A stretch of DNA of 64,000 nucleotides, taken from positions 227,486-291,485 of the IMG/VR virus record IMGVR_UViG_3300030332_001481; one strand, 5' to 3'. The position numbers and the translations under genes were made by a program. A model generated the notes under the pieces. It did no database searches. It saw nothing but the letters and a program-made list of their open reading frames with translations, and was not told the DNA's origin. This stretch comes from a virus. Its lineage: Duplodnaviria > Heunggongvirae > Uroviricota > Caudoviricetes. The number at the start of each line of letters is the position of its first letter. Position 1 is the stretch's first letter. Below, one piece after another: positions 30,657-40,893 of this stretch.

Positions 30657-31280
30657 TCAGCAGTGTGCCCAGGGTTGGCCGGCGAGCTTGAAGGCCGCCT
30701 CCGCCTCTAACTGTGAAGAGGAAGGGACTGCCTGGTCTCCCCACACGTGCCAGCCCTCTACCTTCCCCCGAGCGAACATCTCAAGGCGGGACCTGTCTCC
30801 GTACCCCTTTACAATGAGGTCACGGAACACCTGCGGCTTGGCGCTGTGCTCCCCTCTGGGCGCAGCGACGATCTGCGGGAGCTTGTGATCGAGCAGCGGG
30901 AACGGCCTGCCCTTCTTACACGTAGTTGCGAGAAGAAGCAACTCGGAAGTGGGCTTGGAGTACGTAGCGGGGACTCCTTGCCCATGGATGAGCTGCCCGT
31001 CCGACTTCCGGCACTTGGCCCAGATGTGAGCGATCCCCCGATAGTGAAGCCCCCACGCCTCTAGCGCTTGGATGCCAAAGTGCAGCTTGGGACCCGTCGT
31101 CCAGCAGAAGCAAGCTCCCGTCTTGTTGAGCGACTCACGGATCGGTAGCGCCTTGATGTCGTCCATGGACATCAAGTCGTAGTGCTTCCCCGCTGCTGCG
31201 TTCTTTGTGGTGGAGCCGTAGTACGGCCACGGCGGGTCGATGTAAATGATGTCGTACTTGAGGACTGGAAGTGGAAGCAT
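30657..31280 (-). CDS. MT-A70 family adenine methyltransferase
   Basis: YDIIYIDPPW, HY..M, HSAKP, RLEMFAR...GW..WG motifs. Confidence 0.92.
   Translation of the reverse strand: MLPLPVLKYDIIYIDPPWPYYGSTTKNAAAGKHYDLMSMDDIKALPIRESLNKTGACFCWTTGPKLHFGIQALEAWGLHYRGIAHIWAKCRKSDGQLIHGQGVPATYSKPTSELLLLATTCKKGRPFPLLDHKLPQIVAAPRGEHSAKPQVFRDLIVKGYGDRSRLEMFARGKVEGWHVWGDQAVPSSSQLEAEAAFKLAGQPWAHC
30662..30678 (-). promoter_or_regulatory. Repeated promoter-like motif CCAACCCTGGGCACACT
   Basis: About 87 nt upstream of the TROVE-vWA start. Confidence 0.55.
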
Positions 31281-31311
31281 TATCTGCCACTTTTACACGT
31301 AAAGAGACACC

Positions 31312-31779
31312 ATGACACAGATCGACCCCAAGGACGCCGAGACGATGCTCGTGTGTACGTTCCGCTACGCACTGGGGCGTCAGAGCTACATCACGGCAGA
31401 GGCCGTAGACTTCATCAAGCGTTACAAGGAGTACGTGAGCGACGCATTCCTGGAGCAGTTTTGCTCGGATATTGCTCAGCAAGGGGAGAAGCTCCCTGAC
31501 CGGGAGCACTGGCTCCGTTTCGTCACCTGGTGCCATGGGGAGATCGACAGGCGCCACCAGCCGGAGGAAGAGCTGCCTGAGTTGAATGCCGGGCACATTC
31601 AGGTGCGGTACATCAACGCGACGCCTTCTCTCGTCAACCAGAACCCTGCGGGTGTTCGCGTGACTCACCTTCCCAGCGGTCTCTTCGCAGACTCCACGGA
31701 GCACCGAAGTCGTCACAAGAACAGGATGAGCGCCATCTACCTGCTACGCAAGAAGTTGGCGGAGGAGGGAAAGAAGTGA
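31312..31779 (+). CDS. Protein with C-terminal RF-1/PTH-like domain lacking GGQ
   Basis: GVRVTHLPSGL......RSRHKNR..A...LRKKL matches class I release factor domain 3. Confidence 0.7.
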   Translation: MTQIDPKDAETMLVCTFRYALGRQSYITAEAVDFIKRYKEYVSDAFLEQFCSDIAQQGEKLPDREHWLRFVTWCHGEIDRRHQPEEELPELNAGHIQVRYINATPSLVNQNPAGVRVTHLPSGLFADSTEHRSRHKNRMSAIYLLRKKLAEEGKK

Positions 31780-31952
31780 TCTACGAATACTTCTGCAAGA
31801 AGTGCGACAAAGAGTTTGAGGTGGAACAGCGCATCTCAGACAAGCCACTGAAGAAGTGCCCCGAGTGTAAGAGCAAGAAGATCAAGCGCCTCGTCAGCGG
31901 CGGGCAGGGCTTCCAGCTCAAGGGGAGTGGCTGGTTCAAGGACGGATACTAG
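31776..31952 (+). CDS. FmdB family zinc-ribbon protein
   Basis: Below the ORF cut-off: MIYEYFCKKC...FEVEQRISD.PL..CPEC...KRLVS...FQLKGSGWFKDGY. Confidence 0.9.
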   Translation: MIYEYFCKKCDKEFEVEQRISDKPLKKCPECKSKKIKRLVSGGQGFQLKGSGWFKDGY

Positions 31953-32408
31953 AAGTGGTCCCCTCAGAGCCATTGGGATCCGTGCGACTGCGGCAGGCGA
32001 TCCATGACGCCATCCTTGCCTATACCATGCAGATGTCGTGCGGACTGGCCCTGAAGCCTGAGGGGTCCATGGTCACACCTTGGCACTACCGGGAGTCTCT
32101 CTACTACGACTCCAGTTTCATCCCACGCATGCCCACCAGGCACTACAACGGCCCGTTCCTCCAGTACGCCAAGGACTTGTACGAGGGGAACCAGACGGCT
32201 CGGGTGGGCTGGGACGAAGAGAGCGTGTGGCTGTGTAAAGCCTCAGAGGTCTCGGTAGAGGAATGGGCGGCCATTCTGTACGAGGACGAACTCATCTTCG
32301 ATGACGACGAAGAAGACGAATACTGGCTTGTCCTATACATAGAGGACAACCCACACCTGGAGTGGGTAAAGCCCACGCGAAAACTTAGCCAACCTCCGAG
32401 AGGATCCC

Positions 32409-34679
32409 GTGGCAGATCACAAAATGCGAGAAATTGAAGCCCCGCTAGCCGAATGGTGGGAGGACGACGGGTACTGGAATATCGTACCGGATTCGAAGGG
32501 TAGTCTTTACCTCATTCGAACAGAATCACCGCTGTGGTGGCCGAGCCAGCAGTTTTGGGGGGTTGATGCTGAGGGTGTGTTGCGAGCCTCAAACGGGAAT
32601 GAAGACTATAACTACGGTTTCGGCGTGGGGGGCAATGGAGGCACTCTCCTAGCTAAAGAACTCCAGTTCGGGTGGAAGGTGAGGAAGAGACTGCGTGACA
32701 CCGTAAGTGGTTTCATCCCCTCTCCCGACGAAGAGGAAAATCTTCCTAAGATGGTAGTTGAGTTCCTCGCCAATAACTACGTTCACTTTCCGGAGTATTG
32801 GAAGATGGAGACCAGGAATGATCTAGTGCTGCTGGTGGCTAAGTTGAGGGGCCCCAGTACAGACGCCGTTATCAGGCCACTCGGCCTGCCCGCATCGCCA
32901 GGAGGCATTTACCCTGAGGTTGCTGATGACTCAAAAGACTACCTAGATGACCTGCCTCTGGGAGACGGGTACTTCCTGGTCTCTGTGCCGATGAAAACCA
33001 AGGGCATAGCGGGGTACCGAAATTACCCGCTTATCACCAAGTCTCGTGTTTCTCTGCCGAACAAGATTACGGGTAATGGATGGCAAGGCGAGTGGGAAGT
33101 AATCCAGGGAAGTAACCTCAAACAACGCACTCCGGGGGCTTCCTTAGTGACATTTCGCCCGTCCAAGGACAAAGAGGGCACAGTCCTCTACGACTTTTTC
33201 TTCGAGATCTCCAAGGAGGCTGAACGTGACTTTGAGCAGGCAGCCATTATAGCCCTGACATATGCGTTTGAGGGACTGAATAAGTACGGTCAGGTAGATA
33301 TCGAAGGCCGTGAGGGCTACCTGGAGCGCTTCCGTGCGTGTTGGAGCGTGGAGAACTGGATGGAGTCAGAGAAGGATCGTGAGAAGGAAGCGCTTCGAGC
33401 CAAGGCCAAGGCAGTTGTGTCGGGAATGGGGACCGGAGTCCCCCAATCCAACGCTCAAGTCGAAGCTCACAAGGAGTCACGGAAAGGGAACCACAAAACC
33501 CCCTTCAACCTTCCCGTAGCTGAGGAGGAAAAACGAGTAGCGTACATCCACGAGATCGTATCAAGCCCCGACTTTCACACAATAGACTCCAGCCTAAGAA
33601 GAGGTGAAGTTCCCCCTGACCTTGTAGGTGCAAAGGCGGACACTCTTCGTCACTTCATTGGGTACACCCGGCAGTACTACCAGGAGTTGGATTATTCATT
33701 TGAGGTTCAAACTGCGATTAATCTACTGACTTGGATGCAGTGGGTCGTAGAGGGTAGGCACTGGGATCATACCATTGACTTGGCACATGAGGTAGAAGAA
33801 GGCCTTGCCTGTCGCCGTTACGACATGCAGGATTTGATCTCACGTGTAGCAGAGGGATACACCCTACCTTCCAGCTTTGTTGTTGGCTGGGCCCAATACG
33901 ATGGCGAGACTATCCTCCAGACAGTGGAGAAGTTGCTCACCGACTTTGATCGGAAGGACTTCAAGATCTACGGCTTTTCTTTTTCAGACGACGAGTGCGT
34001 CGAAGTAGGGAGCAGACTAGAACTTCTGCGTGATTTCCTTACTACTCACTCACCTCGACAAGGCCCCCTACCCGAGCTGTACCAGGCGTACGTCGAGAGC
34101 AAACATCTTGGCCTGGACCTTGTCAATCCTCTACCCGACAACGGGCTCATGGGTGCTAAGTACGACGCGGAGGATGGGTACGACGCGGAAGATGAGTACC
34201 CCATGGACGACGAGTACGACGCGGAAGATGAGTACCCCATGGACGACGAGTACGACTCAGAAGACGAATACGCCGCGGAGGAGCTGAGCCCTGCTGTAAA
34301 GGGGTTGAGGTTGGCAGCCTCCAACCAGTTCGGTCACCTGGCGGTAGACCTACTAGCGGCGGGGGCAGAGAAGGCAGACTGGATTCGTGCTGCAAGGGCA
34401 GTAGAGAAGGGCCGAGGTCACCTCCCCCTCATCAGCGCGGTGCTGGTATCGGTGGGGATGTACTCCGCAAAGGAGACGATTCCCTCCTACGTGCAGGAGC
34501 TGCTCGACGGTGTCATCACCTCTGGAACCTACGACCTACTGAAGGGTAAGCTCCAGGGCCTCCGCGAACCGCTCAAGAAGGTAGAAGAGGCTGCGGCGCT
34601 ACTGCTACCAGAGAGCACTGTAAACTCATACGTGACTGAGCAAGCTCAGGAAGCCGCGGAAGCAGAGACTGTCGTATGA
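32409..34679 (+). CDS. Large hypothetical protein (paralogous domain shared with 34855..36351)
   Basis: 756 aa ORF with an acidic YDAEDE/YPMDDE repeat. Confidence 0.8.
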   Translation: MADHKMREIEAPLAEWWEDDGYWNIVPDSKGSLYLIRTESPLWWPSQQFWGVDAEGVLRASNGNEDYNYGFGVGGNGGTLLAKELQFGWKVRKRLRDTVSGFIPSPDEEENLPKMVVEFLANNYVHFPEYWKMETRNDLVLLVAKLRGPSTDAVIRPLGLPASPGGIYPEVADDSKDYLDDLPLGDGYFLVSVPMKTKGIAGYRNYPLITKSRVSLPNKITGNGWQGEWEVIQGSNLKQRTPGASLVTFRPSKDKEGTVLYDFFFEISKEAERDFEQAAIIALTYAFEGLNKYGQVDIEGREGYLERFRACWSVENWMESEKDREKEALRAKAKAVVSGMGTGVPQSNAQVEAHKESRKGNHKTPFNLPVAEEEKRVAYIHEIVSSPDFHTIDSSLRRGEVPPDLVGAKADTLRHFIGYTRQYYQELDYSFEVQTAINLLTWMQWVVEGRHWDHTIDLAHEVEEGLACRRYDMQDLISRVAEGYTLPSSFVVGWAQYDGETILQTVEKLLTDFDRKDFKIYGFSFSDDECVEVGSRLELLRDFLTTHSPRQGPLPELYQAYVESKHLGLDLVNPLPDNGLMGAKYDAEDGYDAEDEYPMDDEYDAEDEYPMDDEYDSEDEYAAEELSPAVKGLRLAASNQFGHLAVDLLAAGAEKADWIRAARAVEKGRGHLPLISAVLVSVGMYSAKETIPSYVQELLDGVITSGTYDLLKGKLQGLREPLKKVEEAAALLLPESTVNSYVTEQAQEAAEAETVV
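34161..34280 (+). repeat. In-frame 18/36-nt tandem repeat encoding YDAEDE/YPMDDE
   Basis: TACGACGCGGAAGATGAGTACCCCATGGACGACGAG repeated. Confidence 0.9.
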
Positions 34680-34854
34680 CGCTGGCAAACACAGACCTGG
34701 AAGACGTCGATAATGTCCTGCAGGACGTCGAGACCCTTCACCTCGACCTCAGCATGGGCCACACGGTCGACATCGAAGAGGTCAAGGAGAGAGTGGCAGA
34801 CCTATACGCAGCTATCCAGTTCCTTCGAACGGATAAGATGATGAGGTCACTCAA

Positions 34855-36351
34855 ATGACCAAGCCACACGTGGTTGAGCTGGATACCAGATCCTTCTCCA
34901 AGGAATTCCGTTCGAAGCTGTGGAAAACTGGACTGGTTGACGAGGAGCCTGAGCCGGAGTTCCGAAGGACCATATTATCCGACGAAGAGTCTGAACCTGA
35001 GAATCGGAGGTCCATAAAAGTAGACGTATCCAATGTAAAGGACCTAAAGGCCTTCATTGAAAAAGTAGGGCAGGCTTTTACTGACCTCGGGCCCGCGTCG
35101 ATTCCTTCCGACGAGGAAGATCCCACGGAGGGGGTTACCTTTACCAATGTCAGCAAAGAACAGTTCCTGGAACGCTTTGGCAAGAAAGCAAAGGACCCTT
35201 GGGACGACTCTGTGAAGGAGTTGGACCCCGGAGGGAAAGAAGAGCGAAAGAAGTTCTTCATAGACCTAGCGAGCATGCGCAACTTGCAGGCTATTGAGTC
35301 TGCCCTCAAGAAGGGTGATATACCTAAATCCTTCCTGGATATGGCCTGGCGTGGGGAGGCGAGAGAACTCAACTACCTAGCCAGCTACTTGCTCCTGTAC
35401 TACCGACAAAAGCAGCAACACCAAACTCCCAACGAGAACGATGATGAAACGGAAGCTGTTTCCCTCCTAACCAAGATTCAGTACGTTACCGAGGGTAGAG
35501 CGGGAGAAGCGGACCTCTGCGAGGTGTTCAGCCTACTCGATGCGGTGCATGATCGCTTCGCCCCGAGCCTGAGGAAACCCGTCTACGATCTTGGCGAAGT
35601 GCTCCATGATCTGAGCGAAGGTCGTGTACCCGCTCTCTTCGTCAAGGGTAGGCGGGTCGGAGACTCGGACGGGGTCCGAGAAACCATTGACAAGCTACTG
35701 GTTGGCTTTCACAACAACAAGTCGTTCACGGACTACTACGGTGTTGCCCTAGACACCGAAGAAAAGTACAACCGAGCAGAGTCCTTCCTAGAGCAGATGA
35801 GAGATAGGTTCCCAGAGATGAGTGAACAGCGACGGTCAATTTACGACGACGTAACGTACGCAGCAGAGAACACAGAAATGGAAGAGTCGGAAATGAAAGA
35901 GACACTCGGTCAGCGAATCAAGAGCAGCACGAAGAGTTCGGGTCGAGCCGCCATCCGTGGTGGTGTCATGGCAGGCATCCACGAGGCTGGAGAGGTCATC
36001 CTGGACCTCGGCAAGCACGTGCTGGGCGACGTGCCCATGCTAGACATCATGCTTGACCACCCTGATGGTCGGGAGGCGCTGAAGGCTTTCACAGCCTACC
36101 TGGTGTCGGTGAACTCACCCATGTTCGCCGCGTTCGTACCTGGCGTCTCCGCGACTCAGTTGCAGCAGGTGGCCGACATGGTCATCGAGAACAGCACCTA
36201 CGAGCTAGCCAAGCCGCGTCTCGCCTACATCCGAGAGTCCATGCTGAAGCTCGGGGAGGCCAGCAAGCTTCTTTCGGCCGTGGCGACGGATGACGACGGT
36301 GACCCCTTCGTCAGTGTAAAGGACTCGATCCCAAACGTCACCGTGGGGTGA
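34855..36351 (+). CDS. Hypothetical protein
   Basis: 498 aa ORF; shares a domain with the upstream large ORF. Confidence 0.8.
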   Translation: MTKPHVVELDTRSFSKEFRSKLWKTGLVDEEPEPEFRRTILSDEESEPENRRSIKVDVSNVKDLKAFIEKVGQAFTDLGPASIPSDEEDPTEGVTFTNVSKEQFLERFGKKAKDPWDDSVKELDPGGKEERKKFFIDLASMRNLQAIESALKKGDIPKSFLDMAWRGEARELNYLASYLLLYYRQKQQHQTPNENDDETEAVSLLTKIQYVTEGRAGEADLCEVFSLLDAVHDRFAPSLRKPVYDLGEVLHDLSEGRVPALFVKGRRVGDSDGVRETIDKLLVGFHNNKSFTDYYGVALDTEEKYNRAESFLEQMRDRFPEMSEQRRSIYDDVTYAAENTEMEESEMKETLGQRIKSSTKSSGRAAIRGGVMAGIHEAGEVILDLGKHVLGDVPMLDIMLDHPDGREALKAFTAYLVSVNSPMFAAFVPGVSATQLQQVADMVIENSTYELAKPRLAYIRESMLKLGEASKLLSAVATDDDGDPFVSVKDSIPNVTVG

Positions 36352-36929
36352 CACCTCCGCCCTCCAGTAATAATCATCGGGCACAGCGTGAAGCCCTCCA
36401 AGTACTTTTTCCGCGAAATCCACAGCTGCAAAGATGTAGTGTTCCTCAGAACCAGCAGCTCTGCAGCTGTGATTTACTCCAAAGCTGAACAGCTGGGCTT
36501 GATGGCTGTATACGAAAAAGGCGAGTCCTGTCTGTGCCTCCCTGACACAAGCACGCATCCCAAGCATTATTTGAATGGTACTCCAGGAGCGGATCGACTT
36601 CATACCCTCCTAAAACCCACATTGAATTCCAGGTAGAGGCACCCGAATGTGTGTAAATGTTGTGCGTAACTACTTCCCGGCTACTTGATGTTTCTTGTTG
36701 ACGTTGCGGTATGGACGCGTAAATACGAATGCAGGCGCACCCGCAACAACAGGAAAATGAAGATGAGAATCGCCCACCAGTGTGGGAAGGATGCTTTGTG
36801 GCTGAAGCCCTCTCCGTGCAGCTACCGAAGAAACAATTCTAACAGAGAGGGCAACTTCAAGTTCATCTGTCCGACAGCCAAACGTGGCTGTCTTTAGCTC
36901 AGTTTACCGCTATAGTCTAATGGAGTGTT

Positions 36930-38114
36930 ATGAGTGACTTTTCCAACCCCGAAGAGATCGACAAGGTCGAGAAGAACAAGTTCCTTCACCTCTACGATCC
37001 GGAGTTCGACCCGGCGTCTCTGAATTGGTTCTCTCGTGAGATGTACGAGGCCAACCTGGATCTCACCAGCGCCGACACGACCGTGCAGGTGCTTCGTCTG
37101 CTTATCAAGATGTACTCGGTGCACGTGGTGCGGCACACCAAGCACAGCATCTACACTCGCTCCTACGAGTACAACACGGCCAACCGAGTCAAGATCGCGG
37201 AGCGAGTGGTCAAGGACATGGGGTTCAAGCTCGTGGGAGAACACCTCGATGACCACGCGTTTGCCAACGATGACATGCTCGTCCTGTTGTTTGACAACGG
37301 CTACGTGAATACCTTCAGCTACTCTCCGCTACTGAACGACGAGGTCTACGAGAAGATCAAGGACCTCTTCTACGTCCCGGAGAAGCCGGAGCCCAACACG
37401 GCTTGGACCATCGACGCCTCGGGTGGTGGGTACGAGTTCCGGAGCCACACCATCAAGGAGCGTACTCTCATCGAGGAGAACTACGATCCTGCGGTCGTGG
37501 CGCAGCTACCGAAGCTCTATGACGTGGTGGCCGGAGAGGACCCGGATGGGCGTCTGGCCGTCCTTGAGGGTCCCCCTGGCGGAGGAAAGTCGAACCTCAT
37601 TCGCGGTCTGATGAACAAGTTCCCGAACTCCAAGTTCGTGTGGGTTCCTCCATACCTCGTGCCGAACATCGCTAGCCCGTCGATGTTCTCGTCTGTTCTG
37701 CGCTTCCAGGAGCGTGACCAGCGTCCCCTCGTTCTTCTCCTTGAGGATGCGGATGAGTGTCTGAAGAGCCGCGAGGACGGGTCCACTACGAACATCAGCC
37801 AGGTCCTGAACCTTGCCGATGGTCTTTTCACCGACTCGGTGGACATTCGCCTCGTGGCGACCACGAACCTGCATAAGGTCAAGATGGACAACGCGGTCAC
37901 GCGAAACGGTCGCATGGGCTGCTACATCAGCATCAATGCCTTGAAGTGGGAGCAGGCGGAGAGGATCTACCGTCGACTCACGAACGACGAGAACGCTACG
38001 CTTCCACTCGACAAGTCGAAGCCGGTCATGCTGGCTGACGTCTACGCGGCAACCAAGGAAGTCAACAATCTGGACTGCGACGTGAACGCTCCCAAGCGGG
38101 TCGTCGGCTTCTAA
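36930..38114 (+). CDS. AAA+ ATPase
   Basis: Walker A GPPGGGKS, Walker B LLLEDAD, sensor ATTN, arginine finger TRNGR. Confidence 0.92.
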   Translation: MSDFSNPEEIDKVEKNKFLHLYDPEFDPASLNWFSREMYEANLDLTSADTTVQVLRLLIKMYSVHVVRHTKHSIYTRSYEYNTANRVKIAERVVKDMGFKLVGEHLDDHAFANDDMLVLLFDNGYVNTFSYSPLLNDEVYEKIKDLFYVPEKPEPNTAWTIDASGGGYEFRSHTIKERTLIEENYDPAVVAQLPKLYDVVAGEDPDGRLAVLEGPPGGGKSNLIRGLMNKFPNSKFVWVPPYLVPNIASPSMFSSVLRFQERDQRPLVLLLEDADECLKSREDGSTTNISQVLNLADGLFTDSVDIRLVATTNLHKVKMDNAVTRNGRMGCYISINALKWEQAERIYRRLTNDENATLPLDKSKPVMLADVYAATKEVNNLDCDVNAPKRVVGF

Positions 38115-38139
38115 CTTCGTCGAAAACACGAGGTTATAT

Positions 38140-38172
38140 GGGGAGGGTCTTCGGATCCTCCCCTTTTCTTTT
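38140..38172 (+). terminator. Intrinsic terminator
   Basis: GGGGAGGGTC-TTCG-GATCCTCCCC followed by TTTTCTTTT. Confidence 0.9.
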
Positions 38173-39851
38173 GTATGAGTAATGCCTACGCCACTCGACG
38201 AAGTAACTCTCCTATCTCTTGAGCACACGGCAGAGCGCTGGGACCGCGCACACAAGATTCTCATGTGTGCCAGCCTGATCACAGTGGTAGCTGCCCTTGT
38301 GTCACTGGTCCTAGCGATCACGTCGGTGTTAATGATGCCTGCGGCTCTGATGGTTTGCATCGTGAGCTGTGGGTGCGGCGCAGTTACTTCAGGACTTTGG
38401 TACTTGTGTTGGTACAAGACCACCGCTTGCTTTGCCTCCCTCAGAGAAGAGCGTCTGCGCAAGACCATGTCGGATCTGGGGTATCGTCCTTTTTCCACAT
38501 GAAGCGTTGGGTCCCAGTCCTTCTTGCCTTGGTTCTGTTGGTGGGTGCTCCTGCCCTTGCAGCTCCGGAACTACAGCTGTCTGCAGTAGACTCCCTGTGG
38601 AGCGGAGAGATGCTGGGGTTTAGGCTTGCGCAGCCTGACGGGCGAGCTGCTCGTCGTAGATCCATCGAGGTAGACTGCTTCTCCACGGGTGGGAGGGTCT
38701 CAGCTACGGCGCAAATGCCTCAAGCAAGGGTTTGCGAGCGTGGTGACCATGCTTTCCTCGCCACGTTCGATGAAGAGGGAAGGCTCCACACATTCAGGTC
38801 CACGGCACGGACCCGGAGCCTCGTGCTCTACAACCAGGTAACCCTATCCACACTAGGGGACATCGGGCCGTCTACCGTAAACCAGGGTAGTACGCGGATC
38901 TGGGCTACCAGGACGGTCAGCGGTGAAAGGTGGACGATAGTGTACCATCAGGGTGATGAGCACTTGTTCACTTTTCACACCCGGGACTACGTTAGAGAAG
39001 ACCAGCTGCAGGAGCTGGAGATAAGGACTGAGTAAGTTGGACATTCCCAAGGGTCTCAAGCTGTTTCATTGTAACACTGTGAGCGGTAAGCTCACCCCTC
39101 TGGCCTGCGGTAAGCGGTCTCTGCGCGCTGACTCCATCGACATGGAGAAGAAACTGAGCCAGGACAGCCAGTCCTACGTCATGTGCCGGGACTGTAAAGT
39201 GGGCAGGAAGAACTCGGCTCTCGTTGCCGAAAAGGACCGTGACGTGACGTTTCGGTCACGCACACTAGGGCTGGCCAACCAGGCCCGGGACGAAAGTATG
39301 GCCAAGAAGGCTAAGCGGGAGAAGAACAATGTTCGGAACAAAGCTGAAGTACACGGTTGACGCTGCTCAGCAGTTTCAGCTGTACAGCGGGTACTACACT
39401 GTAGTGGTGTGGGCTGAGAAGATATCCCTGGGCCAGCGTATCCTGAACTTCGTGTTTGGGACCAACCGGTCAACAGAGCGGCATCAGCAGATCTGGATCG
39501 GTTCCCCGGGCACCACATGGGCTCGCGTGAATCGTGGTACGACGAGTCACACCCCATGTCCGTTCGAACTTCGTAAGCAGCTCAACGGAGCAGTGAAGGC
39601 ATTCGTCAACGATCCACGGTCTATGTACCAGGTGTACGCGTGAGTGAGCGTGAGGTAAGCGACGAAGAGCTGGCCTTCCACAATCACTACGTCAAGCCGT
39701 TATTGAAAGAAGCCCAGAGGCAAGCGGAAAGCGCAAAGCCTCCGACACTGCCCTCTCCGTCCAAGCCCGTTGAAGAGATGACCCCTGAAGAGTTCCAGGC
39801 TCACTACCAGGAAATCTTGAGGGTCCAAGCGGAACATCGACAAGGAAACTC

Positions 39852-40226
39852 ATGAAAAAGTCAGACTACATTGAACAGATCTTCCATCCACGGCTAATGC
39901 TGTCCTCACCCATTCCCATCGAGATCTCCGGGTACGAGGGTGACTTCTACGGTAAGTGGACGGAAGGAAACATCGAAGCCGAGGGCAAGACCGAGGATGA
40001 CCTCCGCAAGGACTTCCAGACGGCTATCGTGGAGACCTACCTCAAGCTGCGTGACAAGGTGTACAAGGCCAAGCGTACCACCGACGAGGAAGAGAAGCAG
40101 TGGGAGGTTCTCTCGTACTTCATCGTAGAGGCAGTGCAGCATGGTGCACCGACGGATGAGCGGTCGTCAAATGTCTATGCTCCCGTCACACCTGACGGGA
40201 AGAAGGCCGGGCCGTTCTTCGGCTGA
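39852..40226 (+). CDS. HicB-like fold protein
   Basis: FYG......IEAEGKTEDDLRKDFQTAI resembles the HicB N-terminal domain. Confidence 0.45.
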   Translation: MKKSDYIEQIFHPRLMLSSPIPIEISGYEGDFYGKWTEGNIEAEGKTEDDLRKDFQTAIVETYLKLRDKVYKAKRTTDEEEKQWEVLSYFIVEAVQHGAPTDERSSNVYAPVTPDGKKAGPFFG

Positions 40227-40240
40227 GCGCTGCTTTCAAG

Positions 40241-40279
40241 AAGAAAAGGCGAGTAGGATTCCTACTCGCCTTTTCTTTT
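40241..40279. terminator. Bidirectional intrinsic terminator
   Basis: AAGAAAAGGCGAGTAGG-ATT-CCTACTCGCCTTTTCTT between convergent genes. Confidence 0.9.
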
Positions 40280-40893
40280 CACTCCTCTTCGTCTTCGTCT
40301 TCGTTGGCGTCGTGCCTCTCTGACTTTACCGCTGGAGGGGCTTCTTGATCATCCATGAAGGTATCGAATGCGGGCGCGTGATCCGTCCGCTCGCCCTCTT
40401 GCACCTCACGGACGCGCTCCTCCGCATACTCATTTAGTGACTCAGGAAGCTCTAAGAGACGACGGTACGTGTCGTGCAGTTGGTCGAGACTTTCGTCCTC
40501 CTCTGTCCACGGTTTTGGTACCTTGCGGCTGGGACGACTTGTCTCATCGGCGCACTCCTTCTCTTTAGGGGATTCCTCAGGAAGGTTTTTTCCTTGATTG
40601 ACAGCACTGTCACTCGACAAGCCCCCCGATTCTAGGCGCTTCTTGATGTTCTGCACAGCGTTGATGGCCGCCCGCGACTTGTCAATGATGAGCCTGAGCT
40701 TGGCTGCTGCGGGTCCACCCTCGTCCTTGTTGACAAGCTCCTGAAAGACCTTGTCCCCTGCGTCACAAGCCTTTGTGAGCGCGTCCAATGTCGACTCTAC
40801 ATCTTGGTAGGACTTGTCGATGGACACCGTATGGCTCTTGCTGGCCATCTCATAGGCAGTTCGAAGAATGCGTCGGGCTGTAGAGCACTTCAT
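40279..40893 (-). CDS. Hypothetical protein
   Basis: 204 aa ORF ending at the terminator. Confidence 0.65.
   Translation of the reverse strand: MKCSTARRILRTAYEMASKSHTVSIDKSYQDVESTLDALTKACDAGDKVFQELVNKDEGGPAAAKLRLIIDKSRAAINAVQNIKKRLESGGLSSDSAVNQGKNLPEESPKEKECADETSRPSRKVPKPWTEEDESLDQLHDTYRRLLELPESLNEYAEERVREVQEGERTDHAPAFDTFMDDQEAPPAVKSERHDANEDEDEEE

Noticed and set aside
37506-38498. 330 aa minus-strand ORF
   Set aside because: Antisense shadow of the AAA ATPase, caused by high GC at third codon positions.
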